From the human T2T-CHM13v2.0 reference genome, Homo sapiens, in assembly GCF_009914755.1 (NCBI RefSeq), contig NC_060935.1: DNA of 64,000 nucleotides; one strand, written 5' to 3'. This document shows, in pieces, positions 29,106-42,910 of this stretch (its first letter is position 1; each line of letters begins with the position of its first letter). The translations under genes were made by a program, and so were the position numbers. The notes beneath the pieces are model-generated. The model was not told the origin of the DNA, did not search any database, and worked only from the letters and a program-made list of their open reading frames with translations.

Positions 29106-29954
29106 GTAAGTGGATTCATTCTTCAGATCAGCTGCCCTGTGTTGGAATTAGGTATTGTGAACAATTGGCAAAGGAGCAGTTCACAGCATCTGAGATGATA
29201 TCTGAAGGAAAGGTTGGGTTGAAGCGTGTTGTCAAGTGAATTCCTCTTGGAGGTTTAAGTTTCAGAGACAGCTTCAGGGAAGGAGCACAGAATGCATTTG
29301 TGGATAAGGTACCTCCCCTTCCTGGTAGGAAATGAACGTCAGCTGTGTGGGTCTGGCTGGAGGACAGAGCCCACTGCTAGGTCAGTCTTCTGGCTGTGTA
29401 CCCTGTGTGCTCTTGCAGAAGGAAAAGGCCCTGTGTTGGTGGGAAGAGGAGGACATGGTTGTGTTGTGTGGCTTCGTGAGTGGAATCAGCCAGGGGACGC
29501 AGCCTTAGCTTAACAAGCATTTCAGTGCGTTCTTCGTAGTTGATTTCAGAAGCTCACAGCCTTGAAACTTGTCCAGCTGAGTGCTTGCTTGTGCCCTGCT
29601 CCTTGCTAGGAAGACTTGAGTTAGCTGGCCTTTTAAAAATACTTCAAAAACTTCTAAAGGTTTGGGAAACAAACGTTCATGTGAAGGAGCCATATGGGCT
29701 GATAGCGAGGCTTGCCCCAAGCCTGGCCAGTCTCTGATTGCCCTGCAAGGCCTTTTTTATGTTCATCCCAGAGGCTGAAGCCCAGCTAGGGTGGACCTTG
29801 TGGTGACTTCAGAGCTAGATGGGACCAGATCAGTCATCCAGCAAACTGCCACATGTTGCAGATAAGGAAACGGGATGGGAGAAGAAGAGAGATCTTCTTT
29901 CTGCTGCCTGTTTTCCAGCCCACCCTCAGGAGGAGGAAGTGGACTTTTCTGTCC

Positions 29955-30540
29955 GTAATTCAGTTTCAGTCAACATGCCTTTGTCAAGTTCCTACTGTAT
30001 GCCAGGTGTTAGGCCTGTAACTGTGAACGGGCCACAGACTCTGCCTCCAGGGGCTTGGGGTCGGCTGGGGAAGCAGATGGGCAGTGCAGGGGAATGGGTA
30101 CAGGGTGCTAGAAGAGGGGAGCCTTCCATTAGGCCTCTTTGTAGAGGCAGGTGGGTATGAGGCTGAAGGACCCGTAGGGATTTGCCCGTGCGAGAGAGAA
30201 AACAGCTAATCCAAATGCCCAGAACGTGCTGTTTTGCATGGCTCGGGGATGAGGTGGCGGGAGCGAAGGCCAGAGGCCAGATCAGGAGTTGTATTCTGAA
30301 GGTTGTAGGGAGCCCTTGAGGATTTGACTAAGAAGATCATTATTGGTTCTGTTTCAAGACATTCATGGCAACAGTGAAAAATGGACGAGAAAACGCATGG
30401 TAGAGACAGGAGAACCATGAAGACATTGAACTGTTACACATGAGAAATAATGAGAACTGCAAGATGGGCTCCAGGCAGCAGGGAGGTGTGAGGAGGAGAC
30501 AGGGCAGATGCCCTGATCTGTTGGCTCTGGAATCTGTAGG
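29955..30540 (-). mobile_element. degraded L2 fragment
   Basis: ...cctactgtatgccaggtgttagg... L2 3'-end-like start, L2-like purine-rich body. Confidence 0.45.
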
Positions 30541-30582
30541 GTTTGTTGTTGTTGTTGTTGGTTTTTTTAATGTACAGTTCAA

Positions 30583-30879
30583 GGTTGGGTGCAGTGGCTC
30601 AGGCCTGTAATCCCAGCACTTTCTGGAGGCCGAGTCAGGCGGATCACTTGAGGCCAGGAGTTCGAGACCACCCTGGCCAACAGGGTGAAACCCTGTCTCT
30701 ACTGAAAAAAAAAAAAAAAAGCTGGGCATGGTGGCATACACCCATAGTCCCAGCTACTCGGGAGGCTGAAGCAGGAGAATCGCTTGAACCTGGGAGATGG
30801 AGCTTACAGTGAGCCAAGATCATGCTGTGCACTCCAGCCTGGGCGACAGAGTGAGACTCCATCTGGGGAAAAAAAAAAA
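30583..30879 (+). mobile_element. AluS inserted in an L1MB 3' fragment
   Basis: Full dimer; TSD gtacagttca on both sides. Confidence 0.93.
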
Positions 30880-31175
30880 GTACAGTTCAGTAGTATATTC
30901 ACACTGTTGTGTAACAGGTCTTTAAAACTTTTTCATCCTAAACTAAAACTCTGTACCCATTAAACAATTCCTCATTTCTACTTCCCCAGTCCCTAGCAGC
31001 CTCCATTCTACTCTCTGTTTCTCTGGGGTTGACTAGTCTAGGGATCTCATATAAATGGAATCATACAGTATTTATCTTTGTGACTGGCTTGTTTCCCTTA
31101 GCATAATGTCTTCAGAGTTCATCCCTGCTGTGGTGTATACAGGATTTCCTTTTGTTCGAAGGCCGAATGACATTC
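30880..31175 (-). mobile_element. L1MB 3' end fragment
   Basis: actctgtacccattaaacaa...ctcatataaatggaatcatacagtatt...ttagcataatgtcttc. Confidence 0.75.
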
Positions 31176-32516
31176 TGGAATCTTTGGTTCTTTTAGCAGG
31201 CTGGGTATGGTTAAGTGACAGGGAGGGAAACACACTTGGCTGGACTGCGTGCCGCTGCTGCTGTGACTGTGGGCCTGGGTGTAGGGATAAGCAGCGAGGA
31301 GGCGAGCACCCTGGATGAGGTTCGCGTTTACCTACCTCCCGGGGTTAAGTGTGGCAGGGAACCAGGCCTCCTGCTTCTCTGTTCCTTGGGAAAGACAGCT
31401 TTTGCATCTTCAGATCTCTGGAGACACAAGTGGGTAGGGTTGGGGAAGATTCTCTCTCAGGGCTTCAGGGCTACAGGGTTGCCCCAGAGAGCCTCTGCCA
31501 TTCCACCAGTCTCTGTGGCTTCTGTTGGAGGTTTTGTGGACATTCAGAATCATTTAAAATGTTACACGGACTCTGAGGAGCTCATCTGGGAAAGACTATC
31601 TCAAAGAGATAACAGAAAAGTCATTTGTGTGTAATATAATTTAGTTGTAGAGTAGAACTCAGATAGAATGATTCCAGAGCTTTGCATAGAGTGGGCAGGC
31701 AAAAATAACTGTCAAGTTGACTTTTTGGAGGTTTCAGGTGAGATTTTCAAACATTCAAGCATTTATTCCTTCTTGGTGTCAGTGGAGCCCTGTGACACTC
31801 ACACAGGTAGGTGGGCAAGAAGCATGGAGCGCACCCTAATTAAATGCCTACTCTGTGCAGGCCCTCCTGTGATCTTTGCTAAGTGAATAGTCATTATGAA
31901 ATCAAACAGATGAAGTCAGATATCTTGGGGAAAGTCACAGTCAAGTCTGTCTTTAAACTCAGAACATTTCTATTCTACACGGGTACTTCTTAATCTTAGT
32001 CACTTGTGTCTGGGTTAAGCCCTTAAATAACTTATACCAGTTTCCCTAGCATTCCTTCCTGCAACCTAGAGATTCCTAATTATGATAATATCCCTGATGG
32101 AATGCAGTGGTTCCCACATCTGGCTTGTCCCCAGCAAAGAATTGAGGATTCAGCACTCTGTGAAGGAAAAGCATGGTGTGCAGTTAGAGCAGATCCACAG
32201 TGACCTGACTTCATCAGAAGGGACACATGTCTGAGGAGGTGACATTTAAGGAGAGACCTGCAGATTAGACCCAAACTTGGCCAGCAGGCAGCATAGTAAG
32301 AAGAGCCCCACAGACCGTAAGTGTGCTCAAGCAAGTCCTGCCGCTTCAGCCTCTGAGGCCAGACCTGGTTCTGCAGGACTTAGGAAGCCTAACTGCAGTG
32401 CACTGCAGGGAGCCCGCAGAATGGGCGAAGTGCAGTCAGACCCGGACTGGGAAGCATTAAGGTTATTTCTAGTTTATTGGAGTTGAATAATCAACATGTT
32501 CTTTTTTTAGAAAAAT

Positions 32517-32650
32517 AACCTTTTTACTTTTGAATAATTTAGATTTATAGAAACATTGCCAAGATAGTAAGTCTCCATATATCCTTCACTTAGCTTCCCC
32601 AAGTATGAATACAGCCATGGTACATTTGTCAAAACTAAGAAATTAACATT
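32517..32650 (-). mobile_element. L1MC 3' end fragment
   Basis: ttttgaataatttagattta...ccatggtacatttgtcaaaactaagaaattaacatt. Confidence 0.6.
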
Positions 32651-32652
32651 AA

Positions 32653-33026
<374 letters not shown>

Positions 33027-33227
33027 AGAAATGGGAGGTTTGAGAATGTGGGATCATTGTTAGAGTGCCCTCCAGGTGGCTGTGCCCTGTCCGCTCCTGC
33101 CCTCATTGGTGAGAGTGTCTTTCTCCCACAGCTCCAGTCTCTTTTGCTAATGTGTTTTTGATAAATACCTTGTGGTACATGAAACGACTGAAGTGTTTTC
33201 CAAATAGAATTTCTCCCCTCTTTTTAG

Positions 33228-33381
33228 CACCCAACTGGTCAGCTAACTTTGATGTCCCAATGGAAACAACCCACGGTGCTCCATTGGATTCTGTGGGATC
33301 TGATGTCTGGAGCACAGAGGAGCCGATGCCAACTAAAGAGACGGGCTGGGCTTCTTTTTCAGAGTTCACGTCTTCCCTGAG
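33228..33381 (+). CDS. PPP6R3: PPP6R3 coding exon, 154 nt, phase 1-2
   Basis: ctctttttag| acceptor, GAG|gtgagc donor; [50 protein letters not shown]. Confidence 0.94.
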
Positions 33382-34749
33382 GTGAGCGAACATGTGCTGT
33401 CTCTACACCCTTCCACGGGGGACCTGGGAATGGTCAGGTGTTTGCTGTTAACGTGTGTTCTTCACCTTGACTGACTTCCAAGTTGAATATACTGCCCTGA
33501 AAAAGATTAAACATCAGCATACTAACACAGCTCTGTGTTGTAAGAAGAACAATCACCATCTTCCTTTCCTTTCCTCCTGGATTAATTGGAAATGGGAGTA
33601 GTTCTTGAACAAAGTAGCTTGTGAGGATGCGGTCCCAGGGAGTTAGCAGGACGCAGCAGAAGATGCATCTCCGTGAGCTTTTCTGGCTTCATAGAGCTGT
33701 CAGGACAGAATTGAGGAGAAGAGGAATGAGGTGAAGCCAAGAAATCCTGACAGGCACAGCACCTCTGTGTGGGGTGTGGCAGGCAAACAAAATGGATCTT
33801 GAATTCAGTAGATAATATGAACTTACAGTTCACTTGCAGCTAGTCCAGTGCTGTCAATTAAGGGCTCCCAATCATTGGTAACTCGGAAGATAGGAAGACA
33901 AGCTGTTTTGGGCTGACAGTTAGTGTCTTAGACAAACCAAAGAATAGGCTGAAACCCATGTTGCTTTGTAGTAACCATAGTAATAGCATTAAGTTACTAC
34001 TCAGAGGTACAAGTGAGATTTGTGAAAAATGTCTCCAAAATAATGAGTTATTTCGTCTACCCCGCTTTTCAGTACAGGACATACATTTCCGCCTACTCCT
34101 TTTTTTGGTCTGTTTATAACCCGAGGATAAGAGCCTTTGGTTACTTGAGGGTGTGATTGAAGCAGCTTGCTTCTCTTTACCCTCTGTGTGCACGTCTCTG
34201 AGTTTGTGGGAATGAGGGATAAAAGAGGAAGTGTAATGATCTCCCTCACCCCTACCCCTTACTGCTCAGGCATTTGGTGTTTTTTTACTATGTTTCCACA
34301 GTTCCAACAACAAATATCATTAAGAGGGCCAGTCTCTCCCAGGCAGTGTGGCTGAAAATAAGTAAAGGTTTTTGTAAAACCAGTCAACCTGATAAATACC
34401 GTTGCCATTGCACAATGTACGTCTTTGCTGTTCAAGCTCTGGGAGCCTCCTAGTGACTATGGTGGGATGAGAAGTTGGGACATGATGAGCCTGTCTAGAA
34501 TGCTTTACAAAGTCCCTGTCTTACTGCCTTGCTGGCTTAACAGAACATTTGCCTGCCCGCACTCATGTCCTTCTTCAAACAGCTACTGGCACTTAGATCC
34601 ATGTGTCACTGGAGTTTGTAACCCAGTGACTCTTACACAGATGCTAATGTCTCCTAACAAAAACTTACTTGTAAAGGCTTATTGTGAATCTTGGGGTAAC
34701 TGAGGACCATTCCCTGCTGCTAATATCTGAATTTTCTCTTTTTTGAAAG

Positions 34750-34856
34750 CACAAAAGATTCTTTAAGGAGTAATTCTCCAGTGGAAATGGAAACCAGCAC
34801 TGAACCCATGGACCCTCTGACTCCCAGTGCGGCTGCCCTGGCAGTGCAGCCAGAAG
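34750..34856 (+). CDS. PPP6R3: PPP6R3 coding exon, 107 nt, phase 2-1
   Basis: ttttgaaag| acceptor, AAG|gtgcgt donor; [35 protein letters not shown]. Confidence 0.9.
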
Positions 34857-35569
34857 GTGCGTGCAGAGAGGCCTGGGTACACGCCAGGGTCACGTGGCTG
34901 CTTTGTCAAACCAGACCTGATTCTCAGGCTCAGGGGCTAGTGGAGCCCGGGAGTGAGATGGTGGGTCTGATGTCCACAGGGCAGCTGATGAAAGAAATTG
35001 TGCCTGTCCTTCTAGAACCACAGCATGCTGACTCTGGAAAGAGTAAGGGCTCTAAGTTACCAGGCATGCAGTGTGCAGATTAGGAAACTGAGGTCTAGAG
35101 GGAAGAAGGCCTAAGCCCATAGTACCCAGGGTGAATAAAACTGGAATTAGACGTGTGCAGCCAAGCCTGTGTGTAGTTGTCCCTTGGAGTTTGCTTTGCT
35201 CAAGCATGTAGGTGTATCTGGGTTTGTTTAGAGCTATGGGGCTGGTTATTTTCACTTCGCCATTGTAAGCAGATTGAATAGTCCTGGGAATCTCTAAAGT
35301 TCCAGTGGGTTTTCCTATTACTCTACCTAGTCAAATGTGTTCCTTGCACGGCCCTGAACTGTTTTCACCTTGATGGACGGGGCTTTGGGAGGAGGGGGAT
35401 GCTAGCAAAGGGAGTGTGATGGGAACCAAAAGGATGTGGAGGGCACGAATCATGAGGTGGGCTTAAGGAGTGAGTTCTTAGAAAATGAAATGAGGTTTTG
35501 GTAGAGGGTGTGAGAACCCTCCTTCCCAGGGGCAAGGGAAAGGAATAAAACCAATAACTAATGCTGGTT

Positions 35570-35750
35570 TCATCATCCTCCTGAACATTTGATACAGATT
35601 CCCGCATTTGACTCCTCAGTGGTTCTGTAAGTGGGTGCACTGATCCCCTTTCCTGGATGAGGAAACTCAGGTTATAGATGAGGTTCCTTGTCCAAGTAGT
35701 CTACAGCTAGGAAGTGGTGATGTCGATGTTTGAATCCAGGAAGCCTCACC
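35570..35750 (-). mobile_element. MIR SINE
   Basis: gatgaggaaactcagg...ttgtccaag...cagctaggaagtgg...tttgaatccagg MIR core. Confidence 0.65.
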
Positions 35751-36228
35751 TCAGCCAGGCTCATCACCTATGTTGGCTTCCCATTAGAGAACAAAGAAAC
35801 GATCCACCAGCAACACCACAAGAAAGTAATTTTTAAAACAAAGCAAAGCAAATAGAGCCCAACTGAGGAAAACAAGTGAGTAGAGGGTAGAGTGTGTAAC
35901 TGCCTGCTCTGCCCCACACTGGAACAGTTAGGAGCACAAGTGTCTGCTGGGAGAAGCTGGGTATGGAGGTGGACGCTGAGCTGGGAGGGATGTAGGCGAC
36001 TTGCTAGTCTCTAGTAAAGAAAACCCATGAAACCCCTCTTTAGTGGGCATCTTTAAGAAGTCTCTCCCCATCAAGAATGTGGCCCAGACAACAGCAGGCA
36101 GAAGCCATCTCACTCTTTTTTTTCTTCAAGCAGTAGATGTCACGTTGGGTAGATGGGTTTGTACAGTGGTGGGGTGCCAGTTCCTTTTCGGGCTTGCTGT
36201 GTGTGACCATCAGCTGTGTTCTTTTCAG

Positions 36229-36379
36229 CGGCAGGCAGTGTGGCCATGGAAGCCAGCTCTGACGGAGAGGAGGATGCAGAAAGTACAGACAAGGTAACTG
36301 AGACAGTGATGAATGGCGGCATGAAGGAAACGCTCAGCCTCACTGTAGATGCCAAGACAGAGACTGCGGTCTTCAAAAG
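36229..36379 (+). CDS. PPP6R3: PPP6R3 coding exon, 151 nt, phase 1-2
   Basis: ttcttttcag| acceptor, AAG|gtaacc donor; [50 protein letters not shown]. Confidence 0.94.
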
Positions 36380-37944
36380 GTAACCAGGGGTGAGATCCTG
36401 CTGGTAGCTTCAGGTTATTGGGAGGATGGTGGGGCAGAAACCTCAAACATTAAAATTTTTAATTTGATTCAAATGAATGTTCAGATACTAGCTTGATGTC
36501 TTTCTGTTGTCTCCATTAAACACAATAAATCTTAATGAAGAGATGGAGAGTTTAGGCCCCTAAGTGCCTTTTCCCCCATAAATGTGTTCAGAAGACTGTA
36601 TTTTACATCTAGCAGTTTGATAGAACTATGAGAATTGATAAATCTTTAATCACAATAGAAATTGGCTTGTGTAACAGGCTACAGAGCATGGCCCATGAAA
36701 ACCGGTTTCAGGTCGACTGGTTTTACAAAAACCTTTACTTATTTTCAGTAACATACAGATGATTATCTCAGGACATAATGCAGTCATGAAAATTCAGTAG
36801 CAAAATGATAGCTTTAAAAGAACGTGACCCTTAGAAATTCACTTCTAAACTCAAAAAAGGAATTGTAATGGATATTAAAAACCTAAAACTGAGAGAATAA
36901 TGGGAAAAATGTCTGTCAAAACTTAAGGACTGAAGCTAAGCCTGTGCTTAGAGCTTTAGTCTTAGAGACCATTCCAGCCATTACAAGAAGGAATGCCTCC
37001 CTGCTTATTGCGAGGTCACTACAAAACAAGGAGTGAAAGAAGAAAACTGACTGTAGACTGATTTCATACATGAGCAATTATTCTCAAAACTTAAGTTAAA
37101 AGCTAGCAAACCAAATGTAGCAATGTATTTTAAAGTCATGACCAAGGATATGTGCTCCAGTGACACAATGTAAACACCAGTGTGTACATGGTAAAAATTA
37201 TTCAGAGTAATTCCCAGACAAAAGGAGAAAAGCATTTGATTACAAATTAAAGCTGTTCATGATTTTCTTTGCAGCCTAGGAATAGAAAGTAAATAGGTGA
37301 AACTGGTAAGTATCTCTAGAAAATCTAGAGTAGACTTGATTCTTCAGTGAGGCATTAGAAGTATTCCCTTTAAAGACAAGAACCAGAAAGTGGGACCTAC
37401 AGTTGCTATTTGTCTTCAGCACTGTGCTGGTGGCCTTAGCAAATGCAGCATTCCAAATAAATAAATAGTCGCTGTTGATAGGCTATGATTTATACATAAA
37501 AATTCCAATGGAATCTGTAGATAAGGATTAATAGAAAAGTTTAGCAGGTTTACTGGAGACATACAAAATCACTTGCATCCTATAAATCAATATAAGATAT
37601 TCCAAATGTGCCTGTTTTTAATAAAAATGTAAAACCTTATCTATAACTAGGAATATGACCTTTATGGGAAAACAGTTTAAAATCTCATGGAATATATTGA
37701 AGACCTGAATATAAATACCAAGATTTGCCATGTTTATCAATGTGAAGATATTTTTAGCATTTCTGAACAAGTTAGTCTATGAAATTAATGAAATTTCCAT
37801 CAAAATCCCAATAGAGATTTTCATGGAAATTGAGAAACTGATTGTAATAGTCATAAGACCAAAGAGAGCCAGGAATAGCCAAAAACATTTTAAAGAAAAA
37901 AGTGAGGGGCTTCACCATATTAGATATCAAGACTTAGTAAAGCT

Positions 37945-38219
37945 GGCCGAGTGTGGTGGCTTGCACCTGTAATCCCAGCACTTTGGGAGGATTAGGCAGA
38001 CAGATTGCTTGAGCCCAGGAGTTTGAGACCAGCCTAGGCAACGTGGCAAAATCCTGTCTCTGCAAAAAATACAAAAATTAGCTGAGTGTGGTGGTGTGTG
38101 CCTGTGGTCCCAGCTACTTGGGGGTGCTGAAGTCGAGGCTGCAGTGAGCTGTGTCCCCCACTGCACTCCAGCCTGGGGGACAAAATGAGACCCTGTCTCA
38201 AACAAAAGCGAAAACAAAA
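37945..38219 (+). mobile_element. AluJ
   Basis: Dimer; TSD acttagtaaagct on both sides. Confidence 0.9.
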
Positions 38220-39153
38220 CTTAGTAAAGCTACTGAGATGGTGTGGCTTTGGCAAAGAATTATACAAAGAGACCCCCTCCACTACATGAACTTGTTACAT
38301 GTTAGAATGCCATTATAATTCAATGAGGAAAGAGTGGACTAGTAAATAGTGATTATCCACATAGTAGAAAAATAAAATTAGATATTTTGTCTCAACATAA
38401 ATATGAAAAGCATGAACTGTACAGCTTTTAGAAGACAACAAAAGAGAGTATCTTTACAGTTTGGGTGTAAGGCATTTTTTTAACCATAAAAAGCCAAACC
38501 ATAAAGGAAAATCTTGGTAAGTTTGACTTTAATTTCTAATATCCCAGAAGACATAAAATGAAAAGACAAGCCACAACCAGTAAAGAACCAGTAGCCAGGA
38601 TATTAGAAATAACCTTATATCAATGAGAGATAGTCTAATTTTTTTAAATGGACAAAGGATGCAAACAAGCAACTGTCTGTGGAGGAAAACAAGGAGCAAA
38701 CCAAATCCAGAGTAAATGGGACCTGTCAGTTACAGTAGTAAGTAAATGCTATTTCGTGCTCACCAGTCTACTAATTCCTATCTTAAGTTGTTAGAGAAGA
38801 TAGAAAAAGTACAAAACCTGCCCAGCTCTTTTTATGAGGGCAGTGAAATTTGAATTCCAAAACCAGATAAAGATAATTACAGAAAATGATCAGTTCATGC
38901 CACTTACAGGCTACTGAATGCAAAAATCCTGTGTAAGGTATTTGCTGACTGGATCCAACAGTGTATTAAAAATAATTTATAATGATTAGTTAGGGTTTAT
39001 CCTGGAAGGCAAGGATGGCTCAAAGTCAGAGAAATCTGTCAGTTTAATCTCCATATATGGTGTTAGACAGAAAGTCAGTCATTTGATTTTTTTTATAAGG
39101 TTCCATAGCTATATATGATTAAAACTCTGAGAAAACCAGTAACAGAAGTGAAT

Positions 39154-39501
39154 TTATTTTTCTTCTTTCCTCCTCTTCCTCCTCCCTCCTTCCTCCTTCT
39201 TTCTTCTTCTTTCTTCTTTCTTCTTCAAGATGAGTGCAGTGATGTGGATCTCGGCTCACTGCAATCTCTGTCTCCTGGGCTTAAGCCATCCTCCCACCTC
39301 AACCTCCCAAGTAACTGGGACTAGGACTACAGGCACACGCCACCATGCTCAGCAAATTTATGTAGTTTTTTTTTTTTTTTTTTGTAGTGATGGGGTTTCA
39401 CCATGTTGCCCAGGCTGGTCTCAAACTCCTGAGCTCAAGCAATCCACCTGCCTCCACCTCCCAAAGTGCTGGGATTACAGATGTGAGCCACCGCGCCTGG
39501 C
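39154..39501 (-). mobile_element. AluJ with CT-rich degenerate tail
   Basis: Reverse Alu preceded by a ttc/tcc-rich tract. Confidence 0.85.
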
Positions 39502-40339
39502 AATGAATTTCATTAACTTGGTATAAGTTAAATACCAATACCAAAATGCTACAGCAAAACTAACACCTAATGAGGAAAGTTTAGATGCATTCACTTTAAG
39601 ATGAAGCCTTAAAGGATGTCCATTTTCATTGCCAGTGTTAGGCAGTCCTGGAAGGAAAAGGAAATAGAGTTATAGGTAAAGATCAGGAGGAAGTGATAAA
39701 ACTGTTGTTCTTTGCAGGTGGTAATGATTACCTACAACCAAGTCAGTAGCAAACTTGTAACTAATAAGAATTCAGTAAAGCTATTGAGTAAGAAATCAGT
39801 TTAAAAAATCAGTAGTCTTTTTCTTCATCAGTAGTAAGCAACCAGAACATAAAAAGCAAGGTATTATTCCAAAATACATCAAAATATAAATTATTCAGGA
39901 ATGATCTTAACCCAAGTCTCTATAGAGAAATCTGGACAAGTGGAGACCATGGCATAGCTTAGTGCTGCAGAGACATCTGCCATCCTGAAGTTAGTGTTTA
40001 ACGCAGTCTCAATCCAAATTTCAGTTGGATTTTTAGAAGTAACTTAATACTCTAAAATTTATATGGAAAAATGAAGGTTCCCAAATTGCTTAGAGGTAAC
40101 CAAAAGGGAAGATTGAAAAAGGGACTTGCCCTGCCAGATAGTCACGCTGCAAAGTCACAGTGATTGGAACAGTTTTGATATTAGTGTCCAAACAGGTACA
40201 GGTGTCAGTGTGATGAAATAGAGGGATTAATAATGGGGAAGGGAGAGGAAGGGCTGGTTCACCAAAAGGAAAAGTCAGGCAAGATCCTCCCTAATCTACA
40301 TTCTAAAACAACTCCAGCTGGATTAAAAGACAATAAGAA

Positions 40340-40500
40340 AAACATGTGCAGTGCTTTCTGTGGACCAGGCCCTGCTCTCTACACTCTCCATGTGTGGTAG
40401 CTCATGGATTATTCTTAGGAACCCTATAAGATAGGTACTGGGATTATTATCCCTGCTTTTCAGGTGAGGAAACTGAGGCACTAGAGTTAAGTGATGAGGC
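40340..40500 (-). mobile_element. MIR SINE
   Basis: accctataagataggtact...caggtgaggaaactgaggcactagagttaagtga MIR core. Confidence 0.75.
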
Positions 40501-40576
40501 CGGAGGCCAGAGTCTCATGATGGTTAATAAAAGAAATACAGAATGTCTTTTTAACCTGTGTGCAGAAAGGGACTTC

Positions 40577-40664
40577 TGTATCTATCTCATCTGTCTGTCA
40601 TCTATCTATCTATCTGTCTGTCTGCCTATCTAATCTATCATCTGTCAGTCTATATCTAATCTAG
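40577..40664. repeat. (TCTA/TCTG)n degenerate tetranucleotide repeat
   Basis: Visible tcta/tctg units next to the Alu tail. Confidence 0.85.
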
Positions 40665-40910
<246 letters not shown>

Positions 40911-42497
40911 AGGACTTCTTTAAAAAAAAAAAAAAAAGCCTTCAAAAACAGAAACTATAATGCAAAGAGTTGAGTTAGATTATATTAAAGTTAAGAATTT
41001 CTGGTTGATAAAATGCTGCAGACAAAATTAAGAGGCTGATGGCAAACTGAAAAAAACATCTGTAGTAGCTAAATCAACAAGAGACTGACATTATATATTC
41101 AAGGACTTCCTATAAACTAGTAAGAAGAAGAAAACCCAAATTAGAAAATTGGCAAAAGATAAGTTTATAGACAAGCCTTAAAAGCTAAAACAAACAAACA
41201 AACAAAAATGCTCAAAACTCATCAGAGAATTATAAACGATAACAATATAGGACTTGATACTCTTCTTACACGAGCAGCAGTTAAAGGTGGATGATGTTGA
41301 GTGGCGGTGGGCTGCAGCCTGCGGGGCCCTGGTGGCCTGCTGGTGAGGAATACAGACCAGGGCAGTCATTCTGGGTAGTAGCGTGGGCTTCTTTGTAGGT
41401 AGAAAAATGGCCTACAACTCTTCACTCCTGGGTGTCAAGTACTGAGAAACGCCCAGACAGGTCTGCCAGGGGCCGTGGACAGTGATGGTCGTCACAGCAC
41501 CCTGCATGGAAGTGTGAGGTGGAGGGCAGCTTTGGTTGGGAGAAGCCATGTAGAGTGGTAGGTGCACGCCACGGGTGCTGTGCCACAGTCAGTGGGGACA
41601 GTGGGTCTCCCCGACTTGCTGAGTTAAGAGGTAAATACAATGAGATGTAGAGTTGAATCCATCCCAGTTAGCGACTCAGAATACACATTGTGTTATGACT
41701 ATTTTTTAAAGAATTAGAATTAGAAACACATTAGTTGCTTTGAAGGGAAAGGAGTGGAGAATGGGGATGAAGAAGAGTAACTTTACAAAGAAGGAACCAG
41801 GTAATTCAGATGATCACTAAATCATATGATTTTAACTCATTTTCCTACTTATAAATTGCTTGGAACTATCTGGAAACGACCCAAGAATGCATCCTAATAT
41901 GAGATTTTTCATAAGCAAAATCCAGGACAGAATCAGCTCTGAGTGATGGACCTTTCACTCTTATTAGTGCCATTGTGATTATGTAAAAAGGGGAATCCCA
42001 GACTGAATAGGCAGAGTCTAAATTTCTAGCCCACAGAGCTGAGGAGAGTGTCTCTTGTGTCTTTCTCCACCAAGAACCATCTAAGGGGGAAAAACAGTCC
42101 TTCTGGGTCTCATTTTACCCAAATCCTCTGTGTCCTTAGGATCAGCTCTTGGCCCCCTCTTCTCCCTCTGGCGTTTGTGCTTCTCACACATTGTTCGAGG
42201 GCAACTCGAGGAGCCGTGAAATCCGATGCAGTCAACACGGTGACCTCATGTGACTGAGGCTTCCAGCCAGCAAGCTGATGGGGTCTGTCTTGCTGCTTTA
42301 ATGGTGGGCTTGGCCCCAAAAGCAAAGTGCTTTAACTAAAGACTCATTCCTTCAAACAGGTTCTTTGACACCTTCACCGAGTCTGCAGTTTTGCTTACGT
42401 GCAGTCGTGGACATATTATTCCCCCAAATTCCTCATTTCTAGGAGTATTCTGAAACTCTTGTACATTTCTTTTTCTGTTTTGCACACTGGGCTTCAG

Positions 42498-42515
42498 AGT
42501 GTTGAAATCCTATCG
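42498..42515 (+). CDS. PPP6R3: PPP6R3 18-nt alternative microexon (changes FK-S-EEG to FK-RVLKSYR-EEG)
   Basis: ttttctgttttgcacactgggcttcag|AGTGTTGAAATCCTATCG|gtatgt; phase 2-2, in frame and stop-free between the 36229 and 42791 exons. Confidence 0.8.
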
Positions 42516-42790
42516 GTATGTACAGTGTTATGGGACCGTTCTTTATCAGACGCCAGCCACATTACATTGTCCCTGTTTTGGTTCCCACCTGTGTGCGACC
42601 CTTTCCTTTTGTGATTCCCCAGTCACTGTCTGTGGTTGTGTGATCGTGCACCCTGCGCATGCTCAGTCCCAGGATGCTTTGCCTCCGCGGCAGTCATGAC
42701 TCCAGAGCCATCTGCATGTGACCTCATCCTCTGGTGCCTAGGTGCTGGTCCCTAGGGTGTTTGATGTGCCTGTCATCCTCTTTACTGCAG

Positions 42791-42910
42791 TGAGGAAGGG
42801 AAACTGTCTACCTCTCAAGATGCTGCTTGTAAAGACGCAGAGGAGTGTCCCGAGACTGCAGAGGCGAAGTGCGCGGCGCCCAGGCCTCCCAGCAGCAGTC
42901 CCGAGCAGAG
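42791..42910 (+). CDS. PPP6R3: PPP6R3 penultimate coding exon, 120 nt, phase 2-2
   Basis: ctttactgcag| acceptor, GAG|gtaacc donor; [39 protein letters not shown](R). Confidence 0.94.

Noticed and set aside
36291-36299. Internal AAG|gtaact donor-like site within a coding exon
   Set aside because: Use would shift the frame relative to downstream exons; nothing beyond the motif supports it.
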